A stretch of DNA of 63,844 nucleotides, filler included, from Octopus bimaculoides (Eukaryota), in assembly GCF_001194135.2 (NCBI RefSeq). It is 9 parts of 7 records of this genome, joined end to end, with 100 filler letters (N's around TTAATTAATTAA, not from the genome) between each part and the next. Parts side by side here need not be neighbours in the genome. Positions count along the whole stretch, not along the records: positions 42,716 to 49,494 come from NC_068981.1; positions 49,595 to 53,064 come from NC_068991.1; positions 53,165 to 61,240 come from NC_068991.1; 6 more parts are not named here. One strand, written 5' to 3'. The notes under the pieces were generated by a model. It did not search any database and was not told where the DNA came from. It worked only from the letters and a program-made list of their open reading frames with translations. This document shows, in pieces, positions 42,616 to 55,311 of this stretch. Every line of letters starts with the position of its first letter. Positions within the stretch are counted from its first letter, which is position 1. The translations under genes and the position numbers were made by a program.

Positions 42616-45600
42616 NNNNNNNNNNNNNNNNNNNNNNNNNNNNNNNNNNNNNNNNNNNNTTAATTAATTAANNNNNNNNNNNNNNNNNNNNNNNNNNNNN
42701 NNNNNNNNNNNNNNNATATATATATACATACATACATATATACATACATATATATTTATATATATATATATATATATATATAGCATTTCTAAAGGATATT
42801 TACTGATATTTAAAAGATATTAGTATTGTCTGCAGGTTACTTCTATAGGCTAGAGTAGTCACCGATTAACATACTCTCATGTACGTTACATTGCGTTATC
42901 TATGTATCATACAGTCATTCGAAATTTTAATGGATAAAGCAAATAAAAAAAGTCCAACACCCATGGAACTTTGCAAAACTTCCTCTAAAGTTGCACGGAA
43001 GAAGTTATTATCACGCCGGATAACTGGCCTGAAAATGACAGGGAGGACTCCTCTAAGGATAGCATATGTAGAAAGAGGTGGTGGCGTTAAACGGCCAGCA
43101 CATTAAATCTACTACCCACAAAGACGAGAAGCCCCTCCATCATTACTGTCTACCAGATTTCCTGTAACTACGAGTCAAGTCAATCACAAGGATTAGGTCG
43201 ACTGGAGTATAGAATAGAGGACACTTATTTGTTACCAAGCAGCAGCATCGAAGCAGAAACCAGGTAGTTGCAAAGAGAACTTCTTTACTACAGGTGATAT
43301 GATCTTGCGCTCTTATTATACGGAAGATGTCAATAAATGACAACAAAATAGTGAGTATTTCAGTAATTTATATAAGTCGATAATAAGAATTATATTACCT
43401 GACATTTCGCACAATGGAGTAGTGTGTTCATATTTTGGACAGGCCTGTTGTATGCACAGTGATATCCTGGACCTCGTTCAGAGAAGACTCCCTCAGTAGA
43501 TTGACATCCTATCATTAACAAATACATTATGGTCTCATCAATATGCTGTCTAACCAATCTGTATTTTTTGTTGCTATATAATGGGTTTTACTACATGGAG
43601 TTGTTTCTTATCTTCATCACTTTGGCATTCCTGTATCACTCGACTTTCTACCTCTCATCACATTTCGTGCGACTTTTCTTCTATTAACCACTATAGCGAA
43701 TGCTTCATTCCTAGAATATCTGTTCCCTGAAATTTCCTTACACAAGTCTTGCCAGCAAGAGGTGAGCTAGAATTTAAACGGAACGTTAACAGAAACTATT
43801 TCGTCTTCAGTGTTTCGAAGGGTCTGCAAGGTTATGGGCTCTGCTTCTTCCTGCAGACTAATCAAAGGAAGAAAGGGAATAAAAAATGAAGATATAAGTG
43901 TTTGTACGTGTTTCTCCTTTTAAACCCCATGAATATACGTAAAGGTGCCTCTATATTGTCGATCGAGCTGCCATGTACAACATCTGAATGTCTCTCATGT
44001 GAAACCTCAGTGATTTAATATAAAAAGGAGAACTTATTGAACAATGCAGCTCTAGATAGTTATATCTAGAAAATAAAAGACATGATTGCGACTTGAATGG
44101 CTTCCTTCATAGGTATGCTTGAATATGGTAGCTGGCGTGAAATTAACAAAAACAACGATGATTCAGTGTTGTTGCTATTGATACTTGTCAGCAAGTGTAA
44201 CCCCTAAATCCTTGGATTTCTTTATTGATTTTTCATTGAATTTAATTAATACTTTGAGAGTAGTTTTTAAATATTAAATATTGCTGGCTACGCGGACAGA
44301 AATAGAATTTTTGAATAACGTCAGACAATGTCCTTAAGTTATCGGTAGACGTTCGTTCAATGAAAGCAGAGGCAGTCTGTGGTTTTAATATTACGTTTAA
44401 ATTAGAACCATCTCGATAGCTGACATAGGAAACAGGTCACCTAGACGTTTTCTTTTAACTACTTCTTGCCTTAGAAATACTATCAATTTTCTTAGCAAAG
44501 AGAATAAGTATACTTTATTGAAACAGAAAGCTAATAAAAGTTACCATTTCATAAATCAAATGAAACCTCTTTCTTCGTAAAGCCCACAAAAGTGCTAAAT
44601 TTAGTATCTCTGGTTAAAGAACTTCTGAGAAAAATCAAAATTCAATAGTTACTGTAATGTGTATAATAATTTCTTTTTAATGTCTGTATAAGAAATATGA
44701 ACGAATATAATATATTTAATATGTTAGCCATAACTGTTACTTTAGTCAATTAATATTCAGCACTTTTTCTTTATTTCTTGGATATCGAAATCGAATTGTC
44801 AACGCATTTAAGTCTCTGAAAGGCTTCTTTCAAACTTGAGAAAATTTTAGAAAATCTAAAGAATTATTTCTCCGAGTAAGAAAACGAAATTATGACAATA
44901 AAACCTAGATGGTGTATTATTTGTCATTATATTACTTTCCTGTAAGTTAATATTTTCTTTATTTTCAACATTAATATTTTAGTTCTTGCTTTCATCATCT
45001 TAAACGTATTCAGTTGAAATGTAACATAATCAGTGGCTCCCGACTCATTTGGTCCTGTGAATATCATTGGAGCAGCTAACCATCTCTTGAATAAACATAA
45101 TAGAAAGAAGAAAAAAATAGGCTTTGGAGTTTATCACTAATTGTGTGTGCCTGTGTTGCGGGGAACTGCATTCAATTTCAAATATTTCTACTCCACAATA
45201 AATAGGAAACATATTTGTCATATTTTGAGAACATGAATGACTACTTGAATTAAGCAGGTGTCTTCCCATGAGATTAACAATACAACTTGATGCTGTATTT
45301 AGCCTAAGTATCTATCAAGCATTTCTCGGTAAAGTGCCGATAAATATAAGCTATTGATTTTAGTAGAATAACCCTCAGATGTTATCATGTTCTGCGACAC
45401 TAACAACCTTTTAGATATAGACACAACATCAGTTTCTGGCATTCAAGAGATATCTATAGACTGTATTTACAATACTCATCAGTTTAAAGAAAACGGGTAT
45501 AAGTTAATTGTCATAAAAATAAACATGTAAGCTTTCATGTGAGCCCTAGGTCAGACCAAATCAAGAAAACCTATAACGAAATGCCTTTTAGCTGATGTCT

Positions 45601-46664
45601 ACGCATGGTTAGTATATCTAAAATAAAATTATTAATAAGATGTATATATTATGATATTACTCACGCGCACACACACACACACACACACACACCGAATCTG
45701 TGTCTATCACACATAGATTAGCTCACGTGCGCACTAATAAATTCTCTACTTTTGTACGAAAGGCTATTTTCACGTAAAACTTTTCGAAGTGCTCGTTCAA
45801 ATTAAAATATTGTTTAGCAGCACTAAATACAAAGAACAATATAATAAAGAATATCGAATAACACAGACGAAATAAAAACTGAACATAAAAGAGGTGCATG
45901 TGTTAAACTAAATATAAATCAATGATTTGGGCAGCCACATGCGTATAAACACATAAAATATATTTCATTAGTAAGTTACGAAGAGAACATTTGTTTTAGA
46001 ATGACATTTTATATAGAATTGAAAAGTGCTGACGCTCACGGAATGGTGATTCGTAAATAGTGTCCCACGGGTTGCATACAGAGAATTATATTCAACCAAA
46101 GGTGAGCGTATACAGTTAGATGTCACCATTTTCATTTGGTCGCCCACTGGCTGTATGCAGGAATTTATATTCAGTATACGCCTCTGTCTGAATTTAACAA
46201 CGCCGCATTATTCGCAACACAATTCGTGGGTAAACTTGCGAAGGAAGCCGAAGACATAGTATTTTCGTAAGTTCGTAAGATAATTCAGGCATAATCAAAT
46301 ATTTAAAGTTAAGAATTATAAATATATATAAATATATCTTCATATATATNNNNNNNNNNNNNNNNNNNNNNNNNNNNNNNNNNNNNNNNNNNNNNNNNNN
46401 NNNNNNNNNNNNNNNNNNNNNNNNNNNNNNNNNNNNNNNNNNNNNNNNNNNNNNNNNNNNNNNNNNNNNNNNNNNNNNNNNNNNNNNNNNNNNNNNNNNN
46501 NNNNNNNNNNNNNNNNNNNNNNNNNNNNNNNNNNNNNNNNNNNNNNNNNNNNNNNNNNNNNNNNNNNNNNNNNNNNNNNNNNNNNNNNNNNNNNNNNNNN
46601 NNNNNNNNNNNNNNNNNNNNNNNNNNNNNNNNNNNNNNNNNNNNNNNNNNNNNNNNNNNNNNNN

Positions 46665-46696
<32 letters not shown>

Positions 46697-46741
46697 CGTA
46701 GTCAAATGACTGAAACAAGTAGAAAAAATAAAGGATATATA

Positions 46742-46956
46742 CAGGGTACCCCAATAGTAGGCTTACAGTTATTCAACTATCTCTTTCGCATTCATATATT
46801 AGCAGTTTAGATCTTGAGTATAGAAAAAAAGATTGAAACCGTTATTCTATGCTAATTTTGTGAATTGTAAGATAGAAATTTGAATGTAATAAAATATTTT
46901 AAAAGAAATATAAAGTGCCTACGTGATAACAGTAAACCTACGTTTGGGCCACCCTG
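46742..46956. mobile_element. Tc1/mariner-type MITE
   Basis: Imperfect TIRs of about 31 bp (CAGGGTACCCCAATAGTAGGCTTACAGTTAT vs CAGGGTGGCCCAAACGTAGGTTTACTGTTAT); TA on the left flank. Confidence 0.7.
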
Positions 46957-46971
46957 TTTATACATACATAC

Positions 46972-47002
<31 letters not shown>

Positions 47003-47072
47003 CGCCAATTCACGAAAAAACAACAGACGAAGACAGGTGGTGTAAACAACAAATGGATGTATTAATTTAACG

Positions 47073-48396
47073 CTGTTGGACCCGGCGTTGCTCGTGTTTT
47101 CCGTGTTGAAGTAAAACCCACCTCTGACCTTGTATTGAAATCTTCTACGTTCCCCGTGCTAACTATTACTCATTAAGATGTTATATCTGGTTCGGCAGGG
47201 GTTTTACTCGGTTAACGCTTTCGATATACTCCTACATACTAGACCGTCTGAAATCGTAGTCAAACTTTTGGGTGTACCTCGACCATTTGAGAGTGATGTT
47301 TGTCTATTCCCCCACCCCACTTAATGCCATCCTTTGTACAAAATTTATAGCGTGTACAATCTCAGCAAAATCCGTAGGAAAGTGTTAAGGTTATGTCATA
47401 AAATAGAATCCATTTGACCATTTACATGAAAATATGCCATTGACTTTTAAATCCCAGTACATTATATGAATAATCGATGTTTCATATGTCAAAGTGCTTA
47501 ATTTTACTCGTGGATCAATGTTCTACAAAATCAGCTCATTATTTTACTGTGAGTGAGATTTGACGATTTCTGCTTTTCACCAGTTTAATTTTGATTCTAC
47601 TACATGACTCAGGCCATAAACTTTACCTAAACGTCAAATTTCATGAAAATCGGATGAATTCTGTAAAAGTTACAGCATACAATAGTAATCCTATAGGTAA
47701 TTGCATGCAAAAAAGCCTATTAGTTTCTTAAAATTCCGTTCACGCGTTATAATTGATTCTTCGTCAAGTCTTCATGCTGGCATCAACTAATGGACATGAA
47801 CTGTAATCACGTATAAAATTTCTACAAAATCGATAAGAATGTATCTAAGGAAATTCTTATTTGCATTTGTGGCCTTTTCAAGCTCTTTTGAATTAAATAA
47901 ACACCTTTACCGTCTCTCCCACCACACAATTTATACCTAAATCACAAATTTTATTAAAATCGGATAAAAGATATAAAAGTTACGGCCAAAAATAAAATCC
48001 CTGTTGGTATTTGCACACAAAAAACCTATTAGTTTTATAAAAATCCAGAGCAATTATCGATTTTTGCCAACGCCAAATACTGACATCAACTCGCTGCCAT
48101 GAGCCTCGATCACTCATCCATTTTCATCAAAATCGGACTAAAATTGCAAAAGCTGCAGGGAAAATAACATCGTTATGGGAATTTCCATTCAGACGCCCGA
48201 TTGAGCTCAGAAAAATCGGTGCTAACTGAGCTGACCATTATCGAGTTTTCGAACAAATTCCGGTCTTATTTGAACTTCAGGGTATTTCATTTACGTATGT
48301 GCCAAAAATCATTATAATCGGTTGGACGGTGTGGGAGCAGTTAGAGTAACCCCAAACACACACGCAGACAGACACCAATACACGTTTATGTATATA
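47073..48396 (-). mobile_element. Non-autonomous Helitron-like element with internal repeats of about 300 bp
   Basis: Same CTG-N5-CCCGG terminal architecture as 28771; both ends shared with the adjacent copy at 48397-49020. Confidence 0.65.
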
Positions 48397-49020
48397 CTAT
48401 CTGTTGGACCCGGCGTTGCACATGCTTTCTGACCTTGCATTGAAATCTTCTACGTTCCCCGTGCCAACTATAAACCATTAAGAAGTTATATCTCGTTCGG
48501 CAGGCTGTTGCAGGATGTGTAGAGGGGTGGCTGGCGAAAGGAAAATGGTCAGAGCAGTCGACGGAGTTCTGTTGTGTCGACGGAGTGGAGTTTTTGCGGC
48601 CGATGACGTATTCAATAATGCAGTGAAGTGAGGCTGAAGTAATAAATGAAGACTTTAAGAACGTGTTTTGAGAAAATGACTTCACATTTGTAAAGAGGTA
48701 TTAACAGTTGTGTCGTGAGGCGGTTAGGTCCGAAGATGTCTTCATGGGAGGATTGGAGATTTGACTGGATTTTTAAATCTTGTTTGATAAAATTCAGTCC
48801 TGTAACGCCTCCAAACGCCCGATTGGGCTCACAAAAATCGATGCCAACTGAGCATTATCGAGTTCTCGAAAGATTCAGGCCTTACTTAAACTTGAGGGCA
48901 TGTAATCTACATATGTACCAAAAATCATTAAAATCGGTTGGACGGGATGGGAGGAGTTAGAGTAACCCCAAACACACAGACAGACATACACTATTACACA
49001 TTTATGTATGCGTGTGTATA
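48397..49020 (-). mobile_element. Second tandem Helitron-like copy with a different interior
   Basis: Starts ctat-ctgttgga-cccggcgttgc; about 100 bp and about 190 bp of terminal sequence are homologous to 47073-48396. Confidence 0.65.
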
Positions 49021-49199
49021 AATATGTGTGGGGGGTGAATTAAAAGTTCTGACTGGTCATAGAGCGATCATTGATTTCGCGGCTTAAGCCATTCGAGTCT
49101 AACGAGTCGTTTATACTGCTAAACGTTTTAGAATTGCTAAACCAATGGTTACTTTATAATTGGCCATACCTTTTAACTTCCCAATATTTTATATATACC

Positions 49200-49487
49200 A
49201 AATGTTAAGAAGAAAATACAGAAAATTATTTAACATATCTTCAATGATTCGTTACGATTGTTTCTCTACCATCTCTAATTGCAACGCCGGTTACAGAAAA
49301 ATCCGAAGTGAAAATTTACGTAATGTTTGCGGTTTTAGACATCAGACTAGCATCAAAGGTATGCTCACAATAAGTAAATATTCACTGTAATTTTCACCGG
49401 CGTTGCAATTAGAGTTGGTAGAGAAACAAGTGTAACGAAGCATTAAAGATATGTAAAACAATTTTCTTTGTCATTTTCTTAGCATTT
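49200..49487. mobile_element. Foldback / long-TIR MITE-like element
   Basis: Inverted arms of about 90 bp (49200-49291 vs 49396-49487), e.g. TTGTTTCTCTACCA.CTCTAATTGCAACGCCGGT. Confidence 0.75.
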
Positions 49488-49594
49488 CGATTATNNNNNN
49501 NNNNNNNNNNNNNNNNNNNNNNNNNNNNNNNNNNNNNNTTAATTAATTAANNNNNNNNNNNNNNNNNNNNNNNNNNNNNNNNNNNNNNNNNNNN

Positions 49595-49936
49595 CGCGGT
49601 CATAGGATCGCAGTTTCGATTCCCAGACCGGGCGTTGTGAGTGTTTATTGAGCGAAAACACCTAAAGCTCCACGAGGCTCTGGCAGGGGATGGTGGCGAA
49701 CCCTGCTGTACTCTTTCACCATAACTTTCTCTCACTCTTACCTCCTGTTTCTGTTGTGCCTGTAATTCAAAGGGCCAGCCTTGTCACACTGTGTTACGCT
49801 GAATCTCACCGAGAACTACGTTAAGGGTACACGTGTCTGTGGAGTGCTCAGCCACTTGCACGTTAATTTCACGAGCAGGCTGTTCCGTTGATCGGATCAA
49901 CTGGAACCCTCGTCGTCGTAACCGACGGAGTGCCAC
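49595..49936 (+). mobile_element. SINE family A
   Basis: Collinear with 63504-63844; 5' end lies in a gap. Confidence 0.92.
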
Positions 49937-50127
49937 TTTATTACGTGAAGAGGGCATGTGTCTGTGAAATGCTTGAGTCATTTATGGACAACGTTTATCG
50001 TGAAGCGGGCCGCACTACTAAAAGAACTTTAGATACATTTTCATTCGGCATGCCATCCAGAAAGTTCTGGGGACCACAGTTTGCCCATAATCGGTTTAGG
50101 TACACTTACATACTAATTCAATGCATA

Positions 50128-50322
50128 GATGAGTCATGCTGGAGCACCACCGTTAGTCGAACAAATCGGCCTCAGGGCCTATTCTTTGTGAGCCTAGTAC
50201 TTATTCTATCGGTCGGTTTTGCCGAAGGGCTATGTTACAGGGACGTAAACACACTAACATTGGTTGTCAAGCGATAATGGGGAACAAATACATACACACA
50301 AACATATACAGACATGTATGTT

Positions 50323-50353
<31 letters not shown>

Positions 50354-50500
50354 ACGACGAGCATCCTTCAGTTTCTGTCTACCAAATCCACTCACAAGGC
50401 TTTGGTCGGCCTCAGGCGATAGTAGAAGACACTTGCCCAAGGTGCCACGCAGTGGGACTGAACCCGGAACCGTGTGGTTGTTAAGCAAGCTTTTTACCCA
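50128..50500 (-). mobile_element. SINE family C, full length
   Basis: Reverse complement of both arms around a (TG)n tract. Confidence 0.88.
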
Positions 50501-51070
50501 CGAAGAAATAGCTAAATTAGCTCTGATTAGATGTCTACTACATGCACTAGTATCGAACAGTGAGAATGAGAGCTCACCACCGCAAGGGTGAATAGATACA
50601 TATTCTTTATTTGCGTATTAACAAGGCAACCAATAGTTTCATGTAGAAGAGATCTCTACAATTATTCAAGCGAACAACTTAGGAATGTTGGCACTCGTCT
50701 CCATGTTGGATGAGAACACACGAAGCTGGTTATGGCTGGACAGTAAGTTGACCGGACATAACCAACAACTACGTAAAATATTACCGCTGAAAAAGAATAA
50801 TTTAGAACGTGCTTTTTCGGATTTATGGACAACTGACCAATCATATATATATGTAAGAACGACCGTGCGAACCCAAAAGGAGAAATGGGGACGAATGGAA
50901 AAAAAAACAGGACTCCTTTTATTTAAACATGTCACACGGTCGAACACAAAATTTTATATCAAAGATGATATAAATAATGTTATACTTCGATAACATTAGT
51001 GAATTCGTAAATGGCCAGTAAAGGAAGACGATAAACACAACCGTATGAGATGAATAACAGAAATATTTAT

Positions 51071-51751
51071 TGTAGCGCTAATATGTATGCCTGTGTGTGA
51101 GTGTGAATGCGACATAATGAAAACATAATAAAAGACAGGCCGTCGTATAAAGAAAAGAGTGTGTGTGAGTGATACATGTATGTGTATGCGTTATATACAG
51201 CAGATAAAAAGGGTCAGTAACACATGGGAGCATTTGCCGGTTTGTTGAGTACACAATAGGAAGAGTCTGTATGTATAAGAAGTTGAGGCGTGTGTGTGGC
51301 AGTGCGATCACTAGTTGTGATGTTGTGGCTTCCATGCCGGGCCGGGTTCTTGTTATGCAGATGTTCGTCGCAGGCTGGGCTCTTGTCTATTATTTATCGT
51401 GGTGAAGATGAAACACCTAACAGAATCGAAGAGAGATTTGCCGCGGTTACTGTTTGGTAGCTTGTGTACGTGGAAAGTCGTGTTGACTATGTTGGCGAAT
51501 CCTGTAGTTCGTAGTTGAAGTGGTGTTGACGTTGGTGGCGATGATGCTGGTTAGTAGTCGTAGAGTCGTGTTGCTGATGGCGACGTCGGTGGTAGTCGTA
51601 GCTGGAGATGCTGTTGATGTAGTCGCTGGAACTGCTGCTGCTGATCTGTGTGGTACACGGAACAGGTCCCTAAGAGATCTGAACCGAGACGAATTTTGCC
51701 GCTGAATTTAGGCTATTTATAGTTGATGGTAGGCTCCCAAAGGCATCAGAA
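51071..51751 (-). mobile_element. Candidate LTR (solo or 3'), other end in a gap
   Basis: Minus strand has a TATAAATA box (51713-51722), a T-rich distal region and a ..CGCTACA terminus; no internal domains visible. Confidence 0.35.
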
Positions 51752-53612
51752 NNNNNNNNNNNNNNNNNNNNNNNNNNNNNNNNNNNNNNNNNNNNNNNNN
51801 NNNNNNNNNNNNNNNNNNNNNNNNNNNNNNNNNNNNNNNNNNNNNNNNNNNNNNNNNNNNNNNNNNNNNNNNNNNNNNNNNNNNNNNNNNNNNNNNNNNN
51901 NNNNNNNNNNNNNNNNNNNNNNNNNNNNNNNNNNNNNNNNNNNNNNNNNNNNNNNNNNNNNNNNNNNNNNNNNNNNNNNNNNNNNNNNNNNNNNNNNNNN
52001 NNNNNNNNNNNNNNNNNNNNNNNNNNNNNNNNNNNNNNNNNNNNNNNNNNNNNNNNNNNNNNNNNNNNNNNNNNNNNNNNNNNNNNNNNNNATATTAATG
52101 TATACATGTGTGTGTGTGTGTGTGTGTGTATAATAAGATTATCTGGGTAATGATTTCACTTTACTCCAGTTCACTTAGCTATGAGTTCCATCCATAGTTG
52201 GGAATTTAATCCTGCAGCGGACCGGTTCCCGTTCAGCTACGTGACGTGATGTAACCTCAGCCAATTATACACCACGGAAACCGAGTCAAGGTCCCGCCTT
52301 ATGAGTCGTGATAGATCTGAGTGTGTGATTTAAAGAAGATTTGGCTGCTGTTTCTAGCCGTCGACAGCCTAACTCAAGCTTCCCGCATGATGTTGCCCTG
52401 CGATTAAACAACATTATGCCAGTGATTTTATATTGTCTAATCTCAGAACGGTCCTAATCGAGCAGATTTATAATCAAAGGCATTTCAACCCAGGGTCACA
52501 TTTCCAAACGTAGCCTTTCCCTAAGACGATAGGGGTTTCATTCGTGAGAGATTTGGATGCTTTTTTTGGCAGGTCGAACGACCACGAAAACCCGATCTCG
52601 TGGGTCCGAAACTAAATCTTGATTTAAGGTAATAACGCTGTTACTTCTCTTGTCCTTATATCTTCCTTGCTAGCCACAGAACAGAAAACAACCCCCGCTC
52701 CCCTACTGAGCAAAGCTCCTAATGTTACGTGTTTTTGTCAATTCTAACGTTCTTTTCTTGTCTAAGTCTACATTTATTGAAAGTTCAAATTACAGTGACT
52801 GATGTCTACGAATAAACTCCCTGCTATGTAACAACAAGGTGTGGCGTGTGTGTGTATGTGTGTATGTGTGTATGTGTGTGTGTGTGTGTGTGGAGACCTG
52901 AAGTTATGATGTCTTTTTTATCGCAAGAATCCTGGCTCTGTCTCAGCGGAATTGTTTGTTTGTTTCGAAGCTAGATTCCTCTCAAAATAGATATCGTTAG
53001 ATCAGAAATAACAAATGAAATTTCTGACATTATCCTAAAATTTCACCAGCAAAAAAAAAATTAGNNNNNNNNNNNNNNNNNNNNNNNNNNNNNNNNNNNN
53101 NNNNNNNNTTAATTAATTAANNNNNNNNNNNNNNNNNNNNNNNNNNNNNNNNNNNNNNNNNNNNATATATGAATATATGCATATATATGTACATGTATGT
53201 ACATACCCTCATCTACATGTACATATAGATACAAAACTGGGTACATGACGTGGCAAAAGAGCATGGACAAAATGATAAACAAGGTACAATAAACAAGCAA
53301 GCCACATAGAAACATCTCCTTCGTCAGCTGCCACCATTAAAACACCGGCGTTATGTTGTTATATTTCGAGATGGTAATTTTCCATTTTTTTCCCTTGTTT
53401 CTTGACATATAAACACACGCACCAGTTATTCGTTCTGCTCTCGTTTATTATTGTTCTTATTTTTATCATATGGCCATTGTCTGGAAATCTTTCGGCACAC
53501 ATTTATGACCTCTTCAGCGACTCTTCCATCCACGTTTATCCTCCTGTTCTGTTTGGTCCATTCTGTCTTTCTATGATGTGCATCCCTATCTGCACATGCG
53601 TTTGCGTCTATA

Positions 53613-53658
<46 letters not shown>

Positions 53659-54135
53659 CGAGTGTGTGTACGCGTGTGTATGCGTTTTGTAGTGTGTTTG
53701 TGTGTGTATATGGGTCTGCTTACCGTATTGTTTGTATTCGTGCTCTTTNNNNNNNNNNNNNNNNNNNNNNNNNNNNNNNNNNNNNNNNNNNNNNNNNNNN
53801 NNNNNNNNNNNNNNNNNNNNNNNNNNNNNNNNNNNNNNNNNNNNNNNNNNNNNNNNNNNNNNNNNNNNNNNNNNNNNNNNNNNNNNNNNNNNNNNNNNNN
53901 NNNNNNNNNNNNNNNNNNNNNNNNNNNNNNNNNNNNNNNNNNNNNNNNNNNNNNNNNNNNNNNNNNNNNNNNNNNNNNNNNNNNNNNNNNNNNNNNNNNN
54001 NNNNNNNNNNNNNNNNNNNNNNNNNNNNNNNNNNNNNNNNNNNNNNNNNNNNNNNNNNNNNNNNNNNNNNNNNNNNNNNNNNNNNNNNNNNNNNNNNNNN
54101 NNNNNNNNNNNNNNNNNNNNNNNNNNNNNNNNNNN

Positions 54136-54397
54136 ACAAACACACCAGCATCGGTTGTCAAGCAATGCTGGGGGACAAACACAGAAACATAATCACACAC
54201 ACACACACACACATATATATATACATATATACGACGGGCTTCTTTCAGTTTCCGTCTACCAAATCCACTCACAAGGCTTTGGTCGGCCTGAGGCTATAGT
54301 AGAAGACACTTGCCCAGGGTGCCACGCAGTGGGGCTGAACACGGAACCATGTGGTTGGTAAGCAAGCTACTTACCACACAGCCACTCCTGCGCCTAG
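54136..54397 (-). mobile_element. SINE family C (3' part lies in a gap)
   Basis: Matches 50128-50500; an extra left arm lies at about 54600-54753. Confidence 0.88.
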
Positions 54398-55311
54398 GTA
54401 TGTATATTTGTTATGTTGAGCCTTCCCGCGCCTATATTTCCTCTTCTGTTGCTACTGACCCTTATTTTGATATTGTTCTTGTATCTTTCTGTGTTTGTGT
54501 GTTGGTTCTTGTAGTCATCGTGGTTGTTGTTGTTGCTGTTGTTGTTGTCGTCGTTCGTGTTGTTGCAAGTTCATTTGAAAGAGCTCTCTACCGTAGCTAC
54601 GACGGTTTTCTTTTTCGTTTTTCGTCTACCAAATCTACCCATGAGGCTTTGGTTCAGCCCGAGGCTACAATAGAAAACGCCTGCCCAAGGTGCTACGCGG
54701 TGGGACTGAACCTGAAAGCATGTGGTTTGGAAGCAAGCTTCTTACCACACAGTCAATCACACAAGAAAAATAATTGATCTTCAGGCTTTATGCCATACAT
54801 GTAACGACTCAAGTGGAATATTCAAGCTGTGACTATCTCGTATTTTGTGCAGACTCTCGGCTATAGATTTGTACAATCAGCAATGATCGAGGATTAAAGA
54901 ACGGCAGCAACGAAAGTATACCTTGGATCAAACGTAGGAGAGTCTATATCAGGGTTTCTCAATTAAGGTCCACATAGCCTTTAAGGATCCATGTAAGAAC
55001 TTGATTTTAAAATTCACGTGCAATAAATTTCTTATACTTCTAAAATACACAAAATATTGTTAGTGCATGGCTCAGTGGAAAGAGTGTCGGGCTCAAAATC
55101 ATGAGGTAGAGAGTTCGATTCCCGGACCGAGCTCTGTGTTGTGTCCTTGAGCAAGACACTTTATTTCACGTTGATCCAGTTCACTCAGCTATAGAAATGA
55201 ATTGCGACGTCACTGGTGCCAAGCTGTATCGGTTTTTGCCTTTCCCTTGGATAACATCAGCGGTTTGGAGAGGGGAAGCTGGTATGCATGGGCGACTGCT
55301 GCTCTTCTATA

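Noticed and set aside
49022-49055. Mariner-like TIR start (GGGGGTGAATTAAAAGTTCT)
   Set aside because: No partner TIR or transposase remnant found
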